Shown one piece after another: positions 1 to 7,587 of a stretch of DNA of 54,801 nucleotides. Position 1 is the first letter of the stretch. Each line of letters opens with the position of its first letter. The stretch is from positions 1 through 54,801 of the forward strand of contig DAIRCJ010000002.1 of the NCBI GenBank assembly GCA_036796755.1, given 5' to 3'. The position numbers and the translations under genes were made by a program. This DNA is from Candidatus Geothermocultoraceae bacterium. Lineage in GTDB: Bacteria; Actinomycetota; Aquicultoria; SKW223; CALKMS01. The notes under the pieces were generated by a model that saw only the letters and a program-made list of their open reading frames with translations, did not search any database and was not told the origin of the DNA.

Positions 1-11
1 CGCTTTTTTAC

Positions 12-117
12 TCTCCCTTACTTTTTCCCTCAGGTTTTTCTTTACCTGTGAAAAGGAGGGATAAATCTCCTTCAATCTCCCTTTAAATTAAAGGTCAAGG
101 TAAAAGATTGAAGTTGC
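12..117 (+). repeat. Copy A of a dispersed intergenic repeat: pyrimidine tract, TCTCCCT..AAAGG hairpin, then an AAGATTGAAG tail
   Basis: 'ccttcaatctccctttaaattaaagg' followed by 'gtaaaagattgaag' aligns by eye with the copies at 7391-7548, 12559-12764 and 42402-42510. Confidence 0.4.
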
Positions 118-765
118 TCAAGGCGTGTACTGCTCTTCTATTCTGGTGACAATGTTTCGGGAATTTAGATAAACCCAGCAAAGTCTGGTGGGTGGGCTTA
201 AGGAAGGCCCGATAGACCTGGTAAACTCAGACCAGCTTACCTTTCGAGTATTAGGAATATCTTCAGAAGTTTTGATAATTTTAATCACGGCTGAAGAAGA
301 AACTTCCAGAGTTCGAATGCGGGAAGAAACATTGCGAATATAAATGTCATTGGGGACAGAAGTCTCATCGGGAGTTATATAACCATCCTCCCGAGCAGCT
401 ATGACTGCTGCCTCACCAGTAAACCACTGAATATAATCTATTTTGATGTATCGTTTTCTGCCGACAGTGTAGGCTCGGGAAATTATTCCAATTTGTTTGG
501 TCACTCTGGTTGAGGACGCTTTATCCTCTGAAGTTTCACTTTCCGTTTTTTCGCTTTCGGTGGCTTCGGCGGAAAGTTTAGCCAGTTCTTCCCGGGAAGC
601 TTTTAAATCATCCTTTGTTAGGTTTAGCTCTTTCTCCAGCTGAGAAACTTTTTGCTTTAAAGTCTCGATTTGACTTTTGAAAACATTTTCCCGGGCGGGC
701 AGGGCCAGGAAAAAAGAGTAAGCCGAAGCAATAACTGCCCCCAGTAAGAAGAAGGAGATGACCAA
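118..765 (-). CDS. Membrane-anchored coiled-coil protein, function unknown
   Basis: Long ORF with a TTG start. It has an N-terminal hydrophobic helix (ISFFLLGAVIASAYSFFLAL), then a heptad-like K/E/L-rich stretch, an acidic S/T/E linker and a C-terminal globular part. Confidence 0.5.
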   Translation of the reverse strand: MVISFFLLGAVIASAYSFFLALPARENVFKSQIETLKQKVSQLEKELNLTKDDLKASREELAKLSAEATESEKTESETSEDKASSTRVTKQIGIISRAYTVGRKRYIKIDYIQWFTGEAAVIAAREDGYITPDETSVPNDIYIRNVSSRIRTLEVSSSAVIKIIKTSEDIPNTRKVSWSEFTRSIGPSLSPPTRLCWVYLNSRNIVTRIEEQYTP

Positions 766-883
766 TATAATTTCTTTCTTTCCCAGCTTTCCCCCTTATT
801 AAATTTGCTTATTTATCCCTTAATGTTAAACCTAAAGCAAGCTTTAGTCAAAAAATCTAAAAAGGCCTGGTTTTCTTTAAAGG

Positions 884-1630
884 TTAGAGCTGGCGGACTA
901 CAGGAGAAGAGTCCGGGAGAAAGGGATTTGTTCGCACTATCAGAGAGAAAAGGAAGGGATAGGTTTGAGAAAGGTGTTTGGTGTAGTCAAGCCATTCAGC
1001 AAGAAGTAAAACATAAGCCCGCTCCAGGTCCTTAGAGAGATGCTCATAATCTGAAGGAGGAAGGTTGCTTAGGCTTGGGCGAGCAGCCAATTCTTCGGTT
1101 AAATGGAAAACTGCCCATAAAAGGTTGGTAAAAGATTCGTGCTCTAAAAGGTTGGGGTTTTCCAGAAGTCTTAAGAGGAACTCCCTTTTACTGACTAAAA
1201 AATCAGCTAAGTCTTTTAGGTTGCCAGAAAGGGCAGAGACTTTAAAATCGAGGCTGCTTAAAGCCTTTTTGGCTTCCAGGAAATTTTTTTCCTTCCAGGA
1301 AGAAGAAAGGAGAAGGCTGGAGCGGACTCTCTCAAAGTTCTGGTCAAAGGCGCTTATTTTTTTGATAAGTTCCTTACCTACCTCACTAAAGAAAGCTCCA
1401 ATAACCATATTCATCTTGCTCAACAAGGCTTGCTTTTCTCGGTAGGAAAGAAGTTCATGAAGAACAATGGTTACCAGAAGAACTTCAACAGGCAGAAAAG
1501 CAAGGTCTCCAAGAAGGTAAATAAAGATGTGCCTCAGGTCTTTAAAAATAAAATAATGGGCAAGGTAAAGCAAAAAAGAAGCGAGAACCAAACTCAAAGC
1601 CAGGGCTACTTGCCAGCTAAACTTTCTCAC
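884..1630 (-). CDS. Hypothetical membrane protein
   Basis: 248-aa ORF with two N-terminal hydrophobic helices followed by a soluble helical region. I recognise no family motif. The plus-strand ORFs 805-1035 and 1065-1445 are antisense to it and low-complexity. Confidence 0.5.
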   Translation of the reverse strand: MRKFSWQVALALSLVLASFLLYLAHYFIFKDLRHIFIYLLGDLAFLPVEVLLVTIVLHELLSYREKQALLSKMNMVIGAFFSEVGKELIKKISAFDQNFERVRSSLLLSSSWKEKNFLEAKKALSSLDFKVSALSGNLKDLADFLVSKREFLLRLLENPNLLEHESFTNLLWAVFHLTEELAARPSLSNLPPSDYEHLSKDLERAYVLLLAEWLDYTKHLSQTYPFLFSLIVRTNPFLPDSSPVVRQL

Positions 1631-1762
1631 AAAATTATTATCCCTTAAAGTCTTGGATTTTGTAAAATTGATTTTGTTTCCTTAAAAAAGTGTTTTTCTG
1701 GCTTTTTAATGGGGGATTCTTTAAAGGAGAAAAAGTTTTTAAAAAAGGCTATTGTTTAGAAT

Positions 1763-3328
1763 TCATTTGGACAGTTTAGCCAGGTGAGCGCGGTAGTAAC
1801 CGCCTTTTCCTTTTTGAAACTCTTCATAAGGGGGAATTTCATAAAGTCTTAAAGTGCCGTCAAGGAAGTCGGAAAAGATGAGAAGTTTTCCATCAGGAGA
1901 AACATCGAGGGCGGTACACTGATTTCCGCCAACAACGGCATCAACTGGCTTTCCAGTTTGAGTATCAAAGACCAGAACCGAACCCCACTCGGGTCCGGGA
2001 AGATAATAGGACTTCGGATTGTTGGCCCCCCGGCAGGAAACAAAGAGGAGCTTTCCGTCGGGGGTTAAGTCAATGGTGTTTGGTTTGTGGTCGGTTCGGG
2101 CAAACTTTTCCACCTTATTGCTGTCAAGATATACTTTCCAGATACAATCCTGACCAAGATCGGAAGCGAAAAGGATTTTTCTTTTTGGGGCAGCTACCAG
2201 GTGACGAACTGCTTCTCCCTGGTTGAAGATGACTTTTCCTTTGCCGTTGGAAAGATTGATTAAGTCAATTTCTCCCTTTCCAAAACCGGCTACATAAAGA
2301 AATTTGCCGTCGGGAGTGGGGAAAAGGCCGCGCGGTGTTTTTACGGTGGGAAGGCGGCGACGAAGCTTACCCGAATTGAGGTCAATTTCCGAAACATCAT
2401 TTCCCGACCAGTTGGAGACAAAAAGGGTTTTTTCGTCTTTAGAAAGGGCAACCACTTTGCTCCAGGCGCTTCCGGTTTTAAAAGTCCTTAAGATTTGGCG
2501 TTTTCTGGTCTCAACTTCATAAACCTGAGCGGTTTCCATCTGGCTGATATAAGCCTTGCTTCCGTCGGAAAGAAAGGTTATTTCTACCGCTCCCGACTTT
2601 CCCAGATAGATGTCGGCAAGTTTTTTCCCGCTTAAAGGTTCAAAAACTCTTACTGCCGGGCGGTTTCCCAGAAGGGTAACCCAGACCTCTTTTCTGCCGG
2701 GGGCGAAAGCAACCCCTTTTGGGGAACCACCGCACTTAAAAATGTTTAAGCAGTGAAGAATCTGGCCTTCCGGGTCAAGAAAAAAAGAAAGGGAAGTGTT
2801 TTCTTCCAGAAAAAAAGATTTTTTAATTGTATTGAAACCTTTCTTGCTTATTTCCAGCTTAACTTTTCCTGCCGGTAGGCTTTTGACAAAAGGGCTTTGA
2901 CCTGAGTTAACCTTGCCCTTTTCTGTTTTAACCTTTATAGTGGCTCCCGGGGGGTGGGTAAGAACTTTCAGGCTCCAGCTCCGGGGTTTGAGAAAAATTT
3001 TCAGGCTCAGTTTTTGTCCTCGGTTAAGTTCAATTTCCTTGCTGTAAGGCAAAAAACCTTTTCGAGTGAGTTCCAGCTTGTATTTTCCCGGCTCGATTTT
3101 TTCAAGGTAGAGCTTTCCTTGAGAGGTAGGGTGAGAAGCAAGTTTTATAAGAGCGTCTGACGGAAAGACTTGTACTTTTAGGGAAGCGGGAAAAGGATAG
3201 AAGTAAAGAGTTAAAAGAGTCAGGAAAAAAAGGAAAAAGAAGGTTAGAAGAAAAAGCCTTTTTCGTCTTCTTCTCCGGAAGTAAGCCTTCCTTTTTTCCC
3301 GTATAATCAGTCTTTCCTCAAAGCCCAT
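1763..3328 (-). CDS. Membrane-anchored PEGA-like / YVTN (YncE-like) beta-propeller repeat protein
   Basis: Arg-rich N-terminus plus a TM helix. Repeated short beta modules (HPPGATIKV, KGF..) resemble PEGA domains. The C-terminal half has repeats of type 'SPDGK.L.VS', 'TPDGKFLYVAG' and 'SKDEKTLFVSN', typical of 40-residue YVTN propeller blades. Confidence 0.6.
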   Translation of the reverse strand: MGFEERLIIREKRKAYFRRRRRKRLFLLTFFFLFFLTLLTLYFYPFPASLKVQVFPSDALIKLASHPTSQGKLYLEKIEPGKYKLELTRKGFLPYSKEIELNRGQKLSLKIFLKPRSWSLKVLTHPPGATIKVKTEKGKVNSGQSPFVKSLPAGKVKLEISKKGFNTIKKSFFLEENTSLSFFLDPEGQILHCLNIFKCGGSPKGVAFAPGRKEVWVTLLGNRPAVRVFEPLSGKKLADIYLGKSGAVEITFLSDGSKAYISQMETAQVYEVETRKRQILRTFKTGSAWSKVVALSKDEKTLFVSNWSGNDVSEIDLNSGKLRRRLPTVKTPRGLFPTPDGKFLYVAGFGKGEIDLINLSNGKGKVIFNQGEAVRHLVAAPKRKILFASDLGQDCIWKVYLDSNKVEKFARTDHKPNTIDLTPDGKLLFVSCRGANNPKSYYLPGPEWGSVLVFDTQTGKPVDAVVGGNQCTALDVSPDGKLLIFSDFLDGTLRLYEIPPYEEFQKGKGGYYRAHLAKLSK

Positions 3329-3348
3329 ACTTTTCTTTCCTGTTTGGG

Positions 3349-3393
3349 AATACTTTAGAAAACTTTCCCTGCTGCTTTCTAAAGTATTTTTTT
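3349..3393 (+). terminator. Perfect 13-bp inverted repeat (AATACTTTAGAAA-N14-TTTCTAAAGTATT) followed by a T7 run; intrinsic-terminator-like on the plus strand
   Basis: Read directly from the sequence. Arms lie at 3349-3361 and 3376-3388, and the T-run extends to 3393. The right arm overlaps the stop codon of the minus-strand gene 3379-4059. Confidence 0.45.
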
Positions 3394-4059
3394 AAACTGG
3401 TTCTTGCGCGCTCCGCAAACCGGACACACCCAGCTTTCCGGAAGGTCCTCAAAAGCTGTCCCTGGCTTTACCCCTGAAACCGGGTCGCCAGTCTTCGGAT
3501 CATAAACATAGCCACAAACAGTGCAAACATACTTGCCAGAATCCTTTTCCCTCGCTGATTTCTGATAGAGGGGTGAGGCTTTGGGAGTAAAACCTTTTTT
3601 GACCAGGTGGTAATAGGCATAAGTCAGCGGTTCTTTATCTTCCAGGTTTTCCGCCTCTACTATCTCGCCCACAAAGAGGGTGTGAGTTCCCAGGTCTATT
3701 TCTTTTCTAATTTGAGCTTCCAGATAGGCAACGGTGTGATCTTCTAAAACCGGGGCGCCGATTTTGCCGATTTTAAAATTTACGGAGGTGAATTTTTCTA
3801 CTTCTCTTCCCGATTTAAACCCGAAAAGCCCGATTAGCTCCATCGGTGTGTCAATTGCCAGAATGGATACACTAAAAACTTGGCTTTCTTTCAGGCAGTC
3901 ATAAGTAAAGTTGTTTTTGTTTATGCTTACGCCAACGGCTAAAGGCTCGGCGGTAAGCTGGAAGACAGTGTTAGCTATCTGGCCGTTTAATTTTTCTCCC
4001 TTTTTAGAACTCACCACATAAAGACCATAACTGATTTTATAAAGAGCGCTTAAGTCCAT
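3379..4059 (-). CDS. Flavin reductase-like domain fused to rubredoxin (high-molecular-weight rubredoxin type)
   Basis: The N-terminal ~165 aa look like the flavin reductase (FMN-binding split barrel) family. The C-terminus '[12 protein letters not shown]...[13 protein letters not shown]' is a canonical rubredoxin CxxCG...CPxCG motif pair. Confidence 0.8.
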   Translation of the reverse strand: MDLSALYKISYGLYVVSSKKGEKLNGQIANTVFQLTAEPLAVGVSINKNNFTYDCLKESQVFSVSILAIDTPMELIGLFGFKSGREVEKFTSVNFKIGKIGAPVLEDHTVAYLEAQIRKEIDLGTHTLFVGEIVEAENLEDKEPLTYAYYHLVKKGFTPKASPLYQKSAREKDSGKYVCTVCGYVYDPKTGDPVSGVKPGTAFEDLPESWVCPVCGARKNQFKKIL

Positions 4060-4093
4060 AATGTTCCCCTTTATATTTTAAAAATTTACCTTT

Positions 4094-4122
4094 AATTTAG
4101 TTTTTAAAAGCTTTTATTTCAA
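4094..4122 (-). promoter_or_regulatory. Candidate sigma70-type promoter for the rubredoxin fusion gene (TTGAAA-N17-TAAATT)
   Basis: On the minus strand, TTGAAA (4122-4117), a 17-nt spacer and TAAATT (4099-4094) lie about 35 nt upstream of the ATG at 4059, with an AAAGGGGA ribosome-binding site in between. Confidence 0.35.
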
Positions 4123-4224
4123 GTTGTCCTTTTTGTTCTTGATTACCTGGTTTTGAGGGCAAGAGATGGGGTTTAAAGCGATTGGCGGTTTTAAAAGGGC
4201 GATTTTGTGATTGAAAAGGGAGAG

Positions 4225-5247
4225 TTAAAAGTTGAAGACTTTCTGGATTTCATTTAAAACTTCTTCTAGGGGTGGAGCCTCAAACCATTTTCTTTCGGTA
4301 AGCTCGTTACAGAAAGACTGATAAAGCTGGGAAATCAAAAGGCTTAGCTGGGGAGGCAAAGGTGGTGGAGAAGAAACCAGACTTTTCCAGTTGAGACGCT
4401 CTTTTCTTTTGGCTTCTTCTACCTCTTTATACCAGAGAGTTTGACGGTAAAAAATTCGAGCTAGTTCCTTGCTGACTGGCATTCCTTGATAGCTAAAGCG
4501 GCACTCATCAGGAGTTCCCAGAACATCGACGACCATCAGGTTGCGTTTTTCATCCAGAGCCATTTCCACTTTGCCATCTTCGTTAACCATTCCCAGGCGG
4601 TTGACTTCGGTAGTTATTAGCTTTTCAATTATAGAAACTAAGCGGCGAAGTTCTTTTATTTCTTCAAGCTTTAAACCAGCAATTTTTTGGGCTTCTTCCC
4701 AGCTCAGATAGCGGTCGGTAATCTCCAGTTTGGTGGAAAGGTCAAGAAAAGGCGGGTCAATTTTTTGCCCGGGCCGAGGTTCTTCTTTTAAGCCAAGGTC
4801 TTTAGTTTTTAAGCTGCCTTCTTTTAATCTTTTAAAAACACTTGAGCCCTCGGGTAAAGTATTGCGATAGATTATTTCCAGGGGCAAGAGGAAGTTTCCC
4901 GACTGGCTTTTATAATCAGAGTAGTCATATTTTCCCTCTTTTATTTGCGGTTCAAGAACCCGAACCAGTTTTACTTCCATAGTTTCAACTGGACTTTCAA
5001 GCTCTGAAATTTTCTTCAGCTTTTGATTTTCTACCAGCCCGAGATAGTGGGTTTTGACTCCCATTGACTCAAGTTTTTCAAAAAAGTAAGCCCCGATTAG
5101 ACAGAGAGATTTTCCTTTGTTCCTCAGGTGATCAGGCATTTCTCCCCAGTCAAAAACTGAGTAGCGGTCGGAAAAAACAAATCTTCCCCGTCCCAACCTC
5201 TCTTCAGTTGGGCTTTCCAGCACTATAAGATCTTTTACACTTCCCAA
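4225..5247 (-). CDS. purC: Phosphoribosylaminoimidazole-succinocarboxamide (SAICAR) synthase, long form
   Basis: The N-terminal 'GRGRFVFSDRYSVFDWGEMPD...KG..LC' and overall layout match the SAICAR synthetase family. Confidence 0.8.
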   Translation of the reverse strand: MGSVKDLIVLESPTEERLGRGRFVFSDRYSVFDWGEMPDHLRNKGKSLCLIGAYFFEKLESMGVKTHYLGLVENQKLKKISELESPVETMEVKLVRVLEPQIKEGKYDYSDYKSQSGNFLLPLEIIYRNTLPEGSSVFKRLKEGSLKTKDLGLKEEPRPGQKIDPPFLDLSTKLEITDRYLSWEEAQKIAGLKLEEIKELRRLVSIIEKLITTEVNRLGMVNEDGKVEMALDEKRNLMVVDVLGTPDECRFSYQGMPVSKELARIFYRQTLWYKEVEEAKRKERLNWKSLVSSPPPLPPQLSLLISQLYQSFCNELTERKWFEAPPLEEVLNEIQKVFNF

Positions 5248-5315
5248 AATAACCTTCCTGAAAATAGTTTTAGAGTTTTAGCTGGTTTAAGCAAGCTTTT
5301 TAAATTTTATTCTTT

Positions 5316-5963
5316 TTAACTCTTTTGATAAAGAACCATTCTTACCAGGCCAGACAAAAGAAATCTCTCTTTTTTTAGCTTAAAGGGAAAATTCTCAATG
5401 AGCTGCGGTAAACTTTTGCGGGCAAAACTTAAAGCCTCATCGTTTTCAATGAGTTGAAGAAGAAAAAATAGAATCTTTCCGATTTTGCTTTGAGGAAAAG
5501 AGAAGTCAACGAGCAGAAGTAAACCTTGCTTTTTTAAAACCCGCAGAACTTCTTTTAGGGCCTCAATTCTTTTTTCTTTTTCCAGTTCATGCAAAGTGAA
5601 TACCAGCAGAGCAAGGTCAACTGTCTGGCTTTCCAGGGGAAGAGAGGAAGCATCAGCATTAAAAAAAGCCACCCGGGAGGCAAATTTTTTCTTTTTGGCA
5701 TAGTCTATCATTGCCCGAGAAGAATCAACTCCCAGGAGTTCAAATTTGCCGGGGAAAGCCTGGTCAATGGCCAAAAGGTTGGAAGCAGTCCCGCTTCCAA
5801 TTTCCAGAATTTTTGCCTGGGGCCAAAGACACTCGGTTGAAATAAAAGAAACGACTGCTTTTCTGAGCTTTCTTTCTCCGCCAAAAGGGAAAAGAAGAAT
5901 TTTTAAAGCCTGGTCATAGTAGGGAGCCAGTTTTTCAAAGTCGTGGCCTGAAGAACTTTTCAT
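5316..5963 (-). CDS. Class I SAM-dependent methyltransferase
   Basis: Motif I 'ILEIGSGTASN', then an acidic 'GVDSS' loop and 'FNADASSLP', as in the Methyltransf_11/25 type. Confidence 0.7.
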   Translation of the reverse strand: MKSSSGHDFEKLAPYYDQALKILLFPFGGERKLRKAVVSFISTECLWPQAKILEIGSGTASNLLAIDQAFPGKFELLGVDSSRAMIDYAKKKKFASRVAFFNADASSLPLESQTVDLALLVFTLHELEKEKRIEALKEVLRVLKKQGLLLLVDFSFPQSKIGKILFFLLQLIENDEALSFARKSLPQLIENFPFKLKKERFLLSGLVRMVLYQKS

Positions 5964-6019
5964 AGTGGGATTTTCCAGAAGAAATAAGTAAAGTTCATTA
6001 GCTCTACCTCAAAACGCCT

Positions 6020-7300
6020 TTAATTTTCAAGGTGGGGAGGGAAAATTATCAAATAGATGGAAAGAGCAAGGGGAACAAGTGCTCCAACTATCATTGCTGT
6101 CGGGGCACTGAAATAGTGAGCCAAGCTGCCAGCCATTAAACTTCCCACCGGGGTGAGGCCCATAAACATCCAGACGAAGAAAGACATAATCCTTCCTCTT
6201 ATCTCTGGGGGAACGATTGTCTGGATTGAAGTGTTTAAAGTGGAGTTTACGGTAAGGAAAGTTAAGCCGGCAACGACCAGGAAGAAAGCAGAAAGGAGAT
6301 AGTTTTTGGATAAAGCAAAACCAATAAGGGAAAGAGAGTAAAAAAGCATTCCCGACTTAATCAGAGTCGATTTTCTCACTGAATAGGCAATATAGGCAAC
6401 GGTTAAAGAGCCAATAAGGGCTCCGGCTCCGTTGAAGCCCATTAAGGTTCCGTAGGTGGTGGAGGTCCCTTTCAAAATACTTCCGGCGAAGACAGGCATC
6501 AGAACGGTTAGAAAAGACAGACCAAAAAGGCTCATAATTCCTACTCCCAGGAGGAGATAAAGAACCAGGCGATTTTCAAAAGCGTAAATCAGACCTTCTT
6601 TAAAATCTTCCAGGCCGGAACTTTTTTCTTTCTTTTTCTGATAAGTGTGGGTGATAAAGACCAGAGCAATAATTACAGCTAGAAAACTTGCTCCGTTTAA
6701 ATAAAAGCAGAAAGCCATTCCAAAAGTAGCAATAGCCCAGCCAGCAAGGGAGGGCCCAAGGAGGCGGGCGGCATGAAACTGAGCAGAGTTTAAAGCTATG
6801 GCGTTTAAGAGGTCTTTCCCAGAAACGATTTCCGAGATAAAAGCCTGCCAGGCAGGAAAGCTAAAAGCTGAGGTGATCCCAGTTAAGAAAGCCAGAACTA
6901 GCAAGGAAAGGAAGGAATGTTTGTTGGTGGCTACCAGAACTCCAAGAAGAAAAGCCAGAATCATCGCTATTATCTGGGTGATGATGAGTAGTTTTTTCTT
7001 GCTCAGTCTATCAGCATATATTCCGGCTATAAAGGAGAGGAAAAAGACGGGAAGGGAAGCAGAAAAGTTTATCAGCCCGAGATATAAAGAAGAGTGGGTC
7101 ATTTGGTAAACTAACCAGGAGAGGGCAACTGTTTGAAGCCAGGTTCCAATATTGGAAAGCCAGGCACCAAAAAAGAAGAAGCGAAAGTTACGGTGGCGAA
7201 AAGAAGCAAAGGTACGGCTTAAGGGAGTAGGTTTTTTTTCTGGAGCAGAAGAGATTACTTCCGCTTCAATCTGTTCAATTTCTTTTTTCTTACTGGCCAT
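6020..7300 (-). CDS. MFS transporter (MFS_3 / EntS-like family)
   Basis: About 12 predicted hydrophobic helices. The N-terminal 'FRHRNFRFFFFGAWLSNIGTWLQ..ALSWLV' is typical of this MFS subfamily. Confidence 0.8.
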   Translation of the reverse strand: MASKKKEIEQIEAEVISSAPEKKPTPLSRTFASFRHRNFRFFFFGAWLSNIGTWLQTVALSWLVYQMTHSSLYLGLINFSASLPVFFLSFIAGIYADRLSKKKLLIITQIIAMILAFLLGVLVATNKHSFLSLLVLAFLTGITSAFSFPAWQAFISEIVSGKDLLNAIALNSAQFHAARLLGPSLAGWAIATFGMAFCFYLNGASFLAVIIALVFITHTYQKKKEKSSGLEDFKEGLIYAFENRLVLYLLLGVGIMSLFGLSFLTVLMPVFAGSILKGTSTTYGTLMGFNGAGALIGSLTVAYIAYSVRKSTLIKSGMLFYSLSLIGFALSKNYLLSAFFLVVAGLTFLTVNSTLNTSIQTIVPPEIRGRIMSFFVWMFMGLTPVGSLMAGSLAHYFSAPTAMIVGALVPLALSIYLIIFPPHLEN

Positions 7301-7390
7301 AGGTTAGTTATGATAGTCTAATTTTTGGAATTTTACCAAGTTGGGAATATTTAAACCTTTGGGATTGCTTTTTTGGAATAACCAAACTTA

Positions 7391-7548
7391 AATCTTCTCA
7401 ATTCCGTTTAAAAATTTAAGGGGGAAAAATTTACCTTCTTTACTTTCTAAGGCTCTCTTCAATTTCCCTTTTTTTACAAAGGGAGTTTGAGGGAAAATTT
7501 GAAAGCCTAAGAAAAATCAAGAAAAGGAATTTATTTAATCAGTTCAGA
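7391..7548 (+). repeat. Copy B (two tandem units) of the dispersed intergenic repeat
   Basis: Unit 1 is 'cttctcaattccgtttaaaaatttaaggggg'. Unit 2 is 'ccttctttactttctaaggctctcttcaatttccctttttttacaaagggag' + 'gagggaaaATTTGAAAG' + 'cagttcaga'. The hairpin is TCCCTTT/AAAGGGA. Confidence 0.5.
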
Positions 7549-7587
7549 GCAGGGAATAGAGTCCGAATCTGAGAGGAAATCGAGAGC

